Virus record (IMG/VR): IMGVR_UViG_3300047551_002158
DNA from: a virus
Taxonomy: Duplodnaviria > Caudoviricetes
Direction: 5' to 3' (one strand)
Length of the DNA: 64,000 nucleotides
Position numbers and translations under genes: made by a program. Positions 57,754 through 64,000 of the stretch are shown piece after piece; positions within the stretch are counted from its first letter, which is position 1; every line of letters starts with the position of its first letter. The notes under the pieces are model-generated. The model did no database searches. It saw only the letters and a program-made list of their open reading frames with translations, and was not told the origin of the DNA.

Positions 57754-57922
57754 TGGTGAATCGCAAGAAGTCAAGTGGAATAGAGGGCTTGATTTGTTTA
57801 TTGAATCGGTACATAAACCCGACACTGATCTTCGTCAATGTGCTCATAATCAAAAGTGTTATAATGAATTGATGGATGTTCGTGAAAATGTATTAGAATA
57901 TCTGAAGACATTAAGAAAATGA
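57728..57922 (+). CDS. hypothetical protein
   Basis: KWNRGLDLFIESVHKPD..LRQCAHNQKCY. Confidence 0.7.
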   Translation: MKDQNPVPDGESQEVKWNRGLDLFIESVHKPDTDLRQCAHNQKCYNELMDVRENVLEYLKTLRK

Positions 57923-58164
57923 GCTCATCATACATATACCTGATTATATTCTTTTGTATTGCTTATCTGATACTTACGGACCAATCAGTAGCGAGGGCAT
58001 TTTATATGCTGACACAACTTGCAAGAGTGCAATACGAAAAGGTAAAGTGGTGGGCAATTCACAATCCCACCAATCCAATCATCAAGTATCTGATGTGGCG
58101 TCGTTCTATGAAGATTGCTAAAGAATTGATGGAAGAACTTGCGGAAAAAGATAAAAAGGTATAA
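57919..58164 (+). CDS. membrane-anchored hypothetical protein
   Basis: N-terminal hydrophobic helix; ATGA overlap. Confidence 0.7.
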   Translation: MSSSYIYLIIFFCIAYLILTDQSVARAFYMLTQLARVQYEKVKWWAIHNPTNPIIKYLMWRRSMKIAKELMEELAEKDKKV

Positions 58165-58193
58165 AATAGTATGTGTAATTGAGGAATGGAATT

Positions 58194-58421
58194 ATGTCCA
58201 GGACTTACCGCAAAATTGATTACATTGGCAAATGTGCTCTTCGTCACCCTAAAACATCAAACGAACGAAAGCATTTGATTGGAATTCTTCAGGATAGTTA
58301 TGTGGAGGACTATCAAATTTCAGGTCTAAATCATCTACATCATCGTCTGTCTAACTGCCCAACAGCAAATTATGATAAAGTCGTAAGCGGTTATTATCAG
58401 GAGGATTATAAAACCGCATAA
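58194..58421 (+). CDS. hypothetical protein
   Basis: MSRTYRK..ALRHPKT..ERK. Confidence 0.7.
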   Translation: MSRTYRKIDYIGKCALRHPKTSNERKHLIGILQDSYVEDYQISGLNHLHHRLSNCPTANYDKVVSGYYQEDYKTA

Positions 58422-58450
58422 ACTAAATACACTATATCTGGATAGTACTT

Positions 58451-58759
58451 ATGCTCTCTCATCAATATCGTGTTCGTCTGGAAAATATTTGTGAAAGGAT
58501 TATAAATGGTCAATCAGTAGAGTTAAACGACATTATATGGGCAGAAAAATTAGCACAACACAATCGTTCAGCAGCATCAATCCTGAGGAGAGCAAGAAGA
58601 AAATCATTAAATCCTGATATGACTGAAGATAGTTTGGATGGATTTCTAAATGCTCTGGATTTAGGAGACCCAGACCCATCAAACCATCGCAATCATTTTG
58701 ATGGAGCAGATGATATTGCTGATTTCTTCCGTAATGATGATAATATGAGACGGGACTGA
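58451..58759 (+). CDS. conserved hypothetical protein
   Basis: MLSHQYRVRLENIC...WAEKLA...LDLGDPDPSNHR. Confidence 0.78.
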   Translation: MLSHQYRVRLENICERIINGQSVELNDIIWAEKLAQHNRSAASILRRARRKSLNPDMTEDSLDGFLNALDLGDPDPSNHRNHFDGADDIADFFRNDDNMRRD

Positions 58760-58781
58760 ACCAGTTTCCAAACCGTCTATT

Positions 58782-58815
58782 GACCCTTGACTTTTGCAGT
58801 CAGGGGTCTTATAGT
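58782..58815 (+). promoter_or_regulatory. sigma70-type early promoter within a stem-loop
   Basis: TTGACT(58787)-17 nt-TATAGT; hairpin GACCCTTGAC/GTCAGGGGTC. Confidence 0.75.
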
Positions 58816-58837
58816 AGGTGCATACAAATCAAGAGCA

Positions 58838-59452
58838 ATGACCTTCACCGCTAAAATCAAAATTCAATATGATAGTGAGTGGACTAACACCAGCAGTTAC
58901 TACTCAAGTTATCAAGATGAAATGCTGCCAGAGGAGCATATCACGATGGAGATTCCTGCAGAAGATTTGACCACGACTCAACTCTTCAAGTTTTTTTCTA
59001 ACTTCCTCCGTGCCATTGGTCATAATGAGATTGGCATTATGAAAGGTGCTTGTGGAACTGCATTCAATGAATCTCTGACTGTAGAGGATATGCGTAAGGT
59101 TGCTGATGAGTATGACCTGAAACTTGCCGAAGATTATGGTAAAGAGATTGGTAAGTTGCGGGATGAGATTTATGACCTGAAAGCAAAACTTTCTCGTTGT
59201 CAGCAACCTGATAATCCCAACTACACAGAGGAAGAAATGGAAGCGATGACTGCTCAAAATGAAGTGACCGCACAAACTCTTAAGAACGCACAAGTGGTTT
59301 GTCACGATTGCGGAGACAAGTATGGCACTTATAGTGTTGGTTGTTCTTCTACTTGGGAAGGTAAGTGTGGAGTTTGCGGAGAAACCAAAGGTGTAACTGA
59401 AGTTCGTGATTATGCGTATCTGACTAAAGGTATCAAGGAGTTGTCTGAATGA
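58838..59452 (+). CDS. hypothetical protein with C-terminal Zn ribbon
   Basis: CHDC...CGVC; coiled-coil middle. Confidence 0.7.
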   Translation: MTFTAKIKIQYDSEWTNTSSYYSSYQDEMLPEEHITMEIPAEDLTTTQLFKFFSNFLRAIGHNEIGIMKGACGTAFNESLTVEDMRKVADEYDLKLAEDYGKEIGKLRDEIYDLKAKLSRCQQPDNPNYTEEEMEAMTAQNEVTAQTLKNAQVVCHDCGDKYGTYSVGCSSTWEGKCGVCGETKGVTEVRDYAYLTKGIKELSE

Positions 59453-59643
59453 CGGAAAGAGCACAAGAGTTTATGAATGCTATCTGGGAGGCACGAAATG
59501 CTGGTGCTGATACTGAAGAAAAGTTAGTTGCTGCTATTCTTTGTCTTGCTGCGGAGAATGTAAGGTTTTATAATGCACAAAACGACTTGATTGTCCTTGA
59601 TAAAAATGACCTACTACAACTCGCAGAGGAACTGAATTCGTGA
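59449..59643 (+). CDS. hypothetical protein (MTERAQ family)
   Basis: Coupled ORF; paralog at 63562. Confidence 0.7.
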   Translation: MTERAQEFMNAIWEARNAGADTEEKLVAAILCLAAENVRFYNAQNDLIVLDKNDLLQLAEELNS

Positions 59644-59876
59644 AACTCTTTGATTACCGTAAAAAAGAAGACTTTGGAGTGGAGCACATATTCACTCTTG
59701 TCAAAGGCAAAAGACGTTCATTTCTCCAAGTGAGTGTTGATTGGCACGAATATCCTTCTGGTTTTTATCTTCAAGTTGGAATTGGAAATAGTCGTCTGTT
59801 GGATATTCTCTTCTGGTGCTGGAAATTTGGTGCGGAAGTAGAATTGTTTGGTATTACTTGGGGGAGTTGGGAATGA
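59640..59876 (+). CDS. hypothetical protein
   Basis: GTG start overlapping the previous stop; Trp-rich. Confidence 0.65.
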   Translation: MKLFDYRKKEDFGVEHIFTLVKGKRRSFLQVSVDWHEYPSGFYLQVGIGNSRLLDILFWCWKFGAEVELFGITWGSWE

Positions 59877-60166
59877 GTGAAGATATGCCTTGGGTGATTG
59901 GACTGACTGATGAGGAAGTCCAAGAACTCCGCAAGAACAAACAAGAACTCACAGAATACGGAAAGGAGAAAATCCGCAAACTTATGAATAAAGACATTCA
60001 ACAACCGAATGGTGACTTCTTAAAAAACTATCCCGATGTAACCCGTGTAGAGGTTATCACCAACAACGGAAGAGAGTTTGTTCGATATGAATGCTCTAAT
60101 GTCCAAGTAAGTTTACAAGACGACGGACAAACAATCAAAGTATTTCTATTTTCGACTTATGACTGA
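59873..60166 (+). CDS. hypothetical protein
   Basis: ATGA overlap; TRVEVI...LQDDGQTIKVF. Confidence 0.65.
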   Translation: MSEDMPWVIGLTDEEVQELRKNKQELTEYGKEKIRKLMNKDIQQPNGDFLKNYPDVTRVEVITNNGREFVRYECSNVQVSLQDDGQTIKVFLFSTYD

Positions 60167-60362
60167 AAACTATCCTGATTACATCTTTGAAGAGGCAGCA
60201 CGAAGAGAGTTAGCAAATAAAGAATTCAAAGACCTCACAGACCAAGAAAGAGTTCAACTTGCATTAGAAGAACTCGACTGGATTGTTGTAGGTGGACAAG
60301 ATGGTGAAGAGTTTTATAACTCTATTCAGTTTATTCGTAGAGTATTGAAGAGTTTTCGATGA
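60159..60362 (+). CDS. hypothetical protein
   Basis: 67-aa coupled ORF. Confidence 0.65.
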   Translation: MTENYPDYIFEEAARRELANKEFKDLTDQERVQLALEELDWIVVGGQDGEEFYNSIQFIRRVLKSFR

Positions 60363-60544
60363 GTAGATTTACTGAAAATCCCGATGAGATTGTCCTTCAA
60401 GACATTCAAATGTTTCACCTGGAAAGTATGAATGAAAGGACACTCTGGATTGGGTGCTATACCAAAGACAATAAAATCTATCACCTGAATATCTCTGCTG
60501 ATGGTAATAAACTGAAATACTACTGGAGTAATGAGACACTCTGA
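60359..60544 (+). CDS. hypothetical protein
   Basis: MSRFTENPDEIVL...YHLNISADG. Confidence 0.65.
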   Translation: MSRFTENPDEIVLQDIQMFHLESMNERTLWIGCYTKDNKIYHLNISADGNKLKYYWSNETL

Positions 60545-61434
60545 TGCCTAAAATTCAGAAACCACTTCTTGCAGGAAACTTTGATCCCACAAAGGCAAAG
60601 TTTCCTTATATTGCAAGTCCAAAAATTGATGGAATTCGTTTTCTAATGATTGATGGGGTAGCAGTATCAAGAACCTTCAAACCAATTCGCAACAAACACA
60701 TTCAATCTCTTCTTTCACAGTATCTCCCTGATGGTGTGGACGGTGAACTTACCTCTGGAGATACTTTCCAATCATCCACTTCTGCTGTGATGACGATTGA
60801 AGGTGAACCGGAGTTTAAGGTATGGATTTTTGATTATGTAAATCCAGAATGGACTGAAATCTTTCCATATTATTATCGACTGACCTTCATGAATTTTGAA
60901 ATGGTTGATTATAACTTTGATCTTCCATTTGAACTAAACTTTTTCGGTGGTGATGTTGTATCCAATATGAAAGAATTGGAAGATTATGAAAAATGGTGTT
61001 TGGATCAAGGATTTGAAGGAGTCATGCTTCGGGATCGTAATGGAACATATAAGTTCGGTCGTTCTACTGTAAATGACAACATTCTTCTCAAGGTGAAAAG
61101 GTTTGAGGATGATGAGGCAGAACTGATTGCGATTGAAGAAAAGATGAGTAATCAAAATGTTGCAGAGAAAGATGCTTTTGGTTATGTAAAACGATCTGCT
61201 TCTTTGGATGGTATGGTTCCGATGAATACTGCTGGAACTTTGATTGTGAGAAATAGGGATGGGTTAGAGTTTGGTATTGGTAGTGGATTGGATGATAAGA
61301 CACGGGAAGAACTGTGGAACAATAAAGAAAAATATATTGGCAAGTTGGTTAAATACAAATACTTTCCTCAAGGTGTAAAAGAACTACCAAGACATCCAGT
61401 ATTTCTTGGATTTCGTGATGAGGAGGACACTTGA
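60544..61434 (+). CDS. lig: ATP-dependent DNA ligase (minimal, 296 aa)
   Basis: Motif I SPKIDGIR, DGEL, IFDY, FEGVMLR, LLKVKRF; OB-fold YFPQGVKELPRHPVF. Confidence 0.93.
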   Translation: MPKIQKPLLAGNFDPTKAKFPYIASPKIDGIRFLMIDGVAVSRTFKPIRNKHIQSLLSQYLPDGVDGELTSGDTFQSSTSAVMTIEGEPEFKVWIFDYVNPEWTEIFPYYYRLTFMNFEMVDYNFDLPFELNFFGGDVVSNMKELEDYEKWCLDQGFEGVMLRDRNGTYKFGRSTVNDNILLKVKRFEDDEAELIAIEEKMSNQNVAEKDAFGYVKRSASLDGMVPMNTAGTLIVRNRDGLEFGIGSGLDDKTREELWNNKEKYIGKLVKYKYFPQGVKELPRHPVFLGFRDEEDT

Positions 61435-61436
61435 AT

Positions 61437-61481
61437 AACTGGCACACCACTTCCCACAAGGAGGTGGTTTTGCCTTATAAT
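61437..61481 (+). promoter_or_regulatory. early promoter/stem-loop cassette
   Basis: AACTGGCAC, hairpin ACCACTTCC/GGAGGTGGT, TATAAT at 61476. Confidence 0.55.
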
Positions 61482-61504
61482 AGTCTCATAGACACAAAGG
61501 ACTG

Positions 61505-61696
61505 ATGACTGACTTCTCTCAAAAACGATTTGTTGATTTGGGACAAACTCTTTATACTGAATGGTTGAAGTCCGCAACTGGTCTTCAAACTATCACAGAG
61601 GAAGAACGACGGAAACTATTCAAATTCGCAGCACAGACTGCCTTTGAGGCAGCAGAAGAGTTTGCTGATGTGTTTCGTAATCAGGAGGACAACTGA
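61505..61696 (+). CDS. hypothetical protein
   Basis: 63-aa ORF with AAGGA SD. Confidence 0.65.
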   Translation: MTDFSQKRFVDLGQTLYTEWLKSATGLQTITEEERRKLFKFAAQTAFEAAEEFADVFRNQEDN

Positions 61697-61697
61697 A

Positions 61698-61928
61698 ATG
61701 ACTGACACCGAACAACTCACATTTCTTCTCAAGGTTCTCAAACAATACGCAGAGAGGGAGCACTGCTATGAGTATAATGAAGAATACCGATCAGATGTTC
61801 CACCCAACTATCCTTTTGATGAAATCTTTGATACTGGTTCTGAATTTGGTGAAATCCTCTTTGCCCGCACACTTTTAGAACAAATTGGTGTAGAATTTGA
61901 ATACCCTGTGATGAAGAAAAATGACTAA
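61698..61928 (+). CDS. hypothetical protein
   Basis: GGAGG SD; coupled ORF. Confidence 0.65.
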   Translation: MTDTEQLTFLLKVLKQYAEREHCYEYNEEYRSDVPPNYPFDEIFDTGSEFGEILFARTLLEQIGVEFEYPVMKKND

Positions 61929-62106
61929 CCTCAACTACCTTTGTTTTGTTGATGGACTGCTGGAGTATGCCAGCACCGACCCTGCTTCTTTCGCACACTA
62001 TCAGTTAGTTTATGCTGAAGAACACAGGGATGCTGACGTTCAGTATCTTACTCTGACTGATGAAGAGTATGATGAAATGTTCCCTTACGAAGAAGATGAA
62101 ACTTGA
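61921..62106 (+). CDS. acidic hypothetical protein
   Basis: 61-aa coupled ORF. Confidence 0.6.
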   Translation: MTNLNYLCFVDGLLEYASTDPASFAHYQLVYAEEHRDADVQYLTLTDEEYDEMFPYEEDET

Positions 62107-62392
62107 ATTCAACTTTGTGAAACCAGGAGTTTTCAATCTTCCTGAGATCGACTGGTGGGGGTTTGATCCTGACGATCACATAGAAATCCAACCACACTGG
62201 ACGATGGCACATATCGCAGTAGAAATGGAACTGTTCCCATCAGTCGGACAGGCACGAAAGAATGGATGGGACAAACCTATTCCACACGGATTTACCGAAC
62301 AACGACGCATCGGTAAAATGAAAAAGAGTATGTTTATTCACAATCCATCTGAAGAATTTATCAACGATCCTAACTGGGGTAAAGAAGAATGA
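62096..62392 (+). CDS. hypothetical protein, possible S4-like RNA-binding motif
   Basis: HIAVEMELFPSVGQARKNG resembles the S4 helix pair. Confidence 0.5.
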   Translation: MKLEFNFVKPGVFNLPEIDWWGFDPDDHIEIQPHWTMAHIAVEMELFPSVGQARKNGWDKPIPHGFTEQRRIGKMKKSMFIHNPSEEFINDPNWGKEE

Positions 62393-62601
62393 CTTACGAT
62401 CAACTCTACGAGCACATTGTTAAATATGTTGCTATGCCACATACTACCATCACAGAGCACGATCATCGTCGCACTTGTTTGATTCTCAGTGCATTTATGG
62501 AGTTTATTCTTGACTGCCAAGAAGAAGGTGTAGATGCAAATACTATTGATGTGACTGATTTTATTCACGAAAAACTTGACATTCTGGAGGGTAAGAAATG
62601 A
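62389..62601 (+). CDS. hypothetical protein
   Basis: ATGA-coupled 70-aa ORF. Confidence 0.65.
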   Translation: MTYDQLYEHIVKYVAMPHTTITEHDHRRTCLILSAFMEFILDCQEEGVDANTIDVTDFIHEKLDILEGKK

Positions 62602-62897
62602 GTGGTGGGCACTTTACTGATTGCGGATACGATTACTATAAGGTAGCACAGTTTGCTGATGAGTTGGAAGTAGAGATTGGGAATAATGGTAAGGCGAGAA
62701 ATGAAGACCGCACATATGGTTATGAATGGTATCCTAACCATGACCCTGATGTGATTGATGTTTTACGAGAGCAAATTCCTAAACTTCGTAAGATAGCAGA
62801 GATTATGAAGCACATTGACTATCTCTACAGTGGTGACATTGGTGATGATGGATTCCTGTTACGAATGAAAGAAACGGAGGTTAAGTATGACTTTTAA
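62598..62897 (+). CDS. hypothetical protein
   Basis: MSGGHF...IDYLYSGDIGDDGFL. Confidence 0.7.
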   Translation: MSGGHFTDCGYDYYKVAQFADELEVEIGNNGKARNEDRTYGYEWYPNHDPDVIDVLREQIPKLRKIAEIMKHIDYLYSGDIGDDGFLLRMKETEVKYDF

Positions 62898-63153
62898 ACT
62901 CTTCCAATACGATAAAAAAGTTTGGGATAATGATGAAACTGACCGCACTTGGCAGTTCGGTGTCATCAACAATCGTTCATTACTTTGGGTGAATTATGAG
63001 AACCCCAGTAGTTTAGTCCATAGTAATGGTGGATTACACATCCTACTCTCATTTTTTACTTCTTCTTCTCTTTTTGGAGCAGATTTTCAAGTTGGTAAGG
63101 TTGGTTTCAGTTTTAACTTTTTCACAGAATACTTTGATGGGTGGGAAGAATGA
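62887..63153 (+). CDS. hypothetical protein
   Basis: 88-aa aromatic-rich ORF. Confidence 0.65.
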   Translation: MTFKLFQYDKKVWDNDETDRTWQFGVINNRSLLWVNYENPSSLVHSNGGLHILLSFFTSSSLFGADFQVGKVGFSFNFFTEYFDGWEE

Positions 63154-63359
63154 CTAACACAGCATACCAAATCTGGGAAACATTCAAAGCAGAATTGATT
63201 GTAGAACCCACAGATGATATGAAAGAAGCATTAGCATCTTCTATCCGTGTGATTTCTTCTATCATTCATAGAGATGGAGTGCTTGCAAATGAACCTTGGC
63301 TTACTCATACTGCTCAAGAACTAAATGAAATTGCTAATGAATTGGAGGCACTCAAATGA
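63150..63359 (+). CDS. hypothetical protein
   Basis: ATGA overlap; C-terminus ELEAL shared with 63562. Confidence 0.65.
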   Translation: MTNTAYQIWETFKAELIVEPTDDMKEALASSIRVISSIIHRDGVLANEPWLTHTAQELNEIANELEALK

Positions 63360-63565
63360 TTTTAGATGAAGAAGTCATCAAACTTGTAAAAGAACACTTT
63401 GAAGAAGATTGGGATGAGAATGATGGTTGGGAGTATTCTGGAAACTTTGATGCCTTTGCAAAGTTTGCCCGAGCACTTTATGATGAGGGTTATACTAAAG
63501 GTTTCAAAGTAGGGCACGATGCTGGTTGGGAACTAAATGAAGAAGTATCACGCAGAGGATTATGA
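63356..63565 (+). CDS. hypothetical protein (MILDEE family)
   Basis: Paralog at 63762. Confidence 0.68.
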   Translation: MILDEEVIKLVKEHFEEDWDENDGWEYSGNFDAFAKFARALYDEGYTKGFKVGHDAGWELNEEVSRRGL

Positions 63566-63762
63566 CTGAACGAGCACAAAGGATTATGGAAGCATTTTAT
63601 CTCACTTTCGCAGATAAAAGACAAGATTTTATTATTCAAAAACTTAATAATGATGCTCTTGCTGCTACTCTTCGTGAAGTCATCAACCAACTCCAACAAA
63701 GCCCTGGTGTGATTATGTGTGCTGATGTGTTAGAATTGTGTGAAGAATTGGAGGCACTCTAA
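63562..63762 (+). CDS. hypothetical protein (MTERAQ family)
   Basis: Coupled ORF. Confidence 0.68.
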   Translation: MTERAQRIMEAFYLTFADKRQDFIIQKLNNDALAATLREVINQLQQSPGVIMCADVLELCEELEAL

Positions 63763-63941
63763 TGATTTTAGATGAAGAAATTATTCAACTTGCTAAACAA
63801 CATCTTGAATGGGAAGTAGATGATAATGATGAAACCTGGATAGAATACTTTTCAACTTCTCAACAAATTATTGAGTTTGCCCAAGAAATCTTTCAAATGG
63901 GTTATAATGAAGGTAGTTATGATATGTCCTACTATGATTGA
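63762..63941 (+). CDS. hypothetical protein (MILDEE family)
   Basis: MILDEEIIQLAKQHLEWEVDD...MSYYD* read by hand. Confidence 0.65.
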   Translation: MILDEEIIQLAKQHLEWEVDDNDETWIEYFSTSQQIIEFAQEIFQMGYNEGSYDMSYYD

Positions 63942-64000
63942 AATTCAAAAGAACTACAAAATCACACTCACAGAAGAACAATCACGACAACTCTATCGTC
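63934..64000 (+). CDS. hypothetical protein, 3'-truncated by the window edge
   Basis: MIEIQKNYKITLTEEQSRQLYR... Confidence 0.5.
   Translation, partial: MIEIQKNYKITLTEEQSRQLYR

Noticed and set aside
1-64000. Alternative genetic code, photosynthesis genes, or a prophage/host junction
   Set aside because: Known genes translate at full length with the standard code; no psbA/psbD/hli motifs recognised; no integrase or host housekeeping context

Overview
This AT-rich 64-kb window comes from a lytic T4-like cyanomyovirus (Kyanoviridae-type, probably freshwater), judged from gene content and T4-like synteny. In order it holds: (i) host-metabolism genes talC, gnd, glutaredoxin, speD, thyX and phoH; (ii) a replication and late-transcription block (PD-(D/E)xK exonuclease, gp33, gp59, gp32); (iii) baseplate and tail genes (gp53, gp48, gp2-like, gp4, gp54-like, gp26, gp51, three tape-measure-like proteins of which two carry peptidoglycan hydrolase domains, gp5), with cp12 embedded among them; (iv) a long fibre region with collagen-like, beta-helix, S74-chaperone and Gly-rich proteins, interrupted by an islet with tRNA-Leu(UAA), tRNA-Thr(UGU) and a Mom-like gene; (v) two 2OG-Fe(II) oxygenases and a hypervariable early region with an RlpA-like protein, an HExxH protein, a minimal ATP-dependent DNA ligase and many small ORFs. 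The top finding, missed by the ORF track, is a self-contained ~440-bp nitrogen-sensing unit at 5987-6426. It comprises an NtcA-type box (GTA-N8-TAC) over the -35 region, a glutamine-riboswitch-like RNA, an anti-Shine-Dalgarno stem, a DUF4278-like (YRGVxY) peptide, a second basic peptide and a terminator. The layout mirrors host gifB regulation and suggests phage control of host glutamine synthetase. All family assignments are from motif recognition by eye; no database searches were run.
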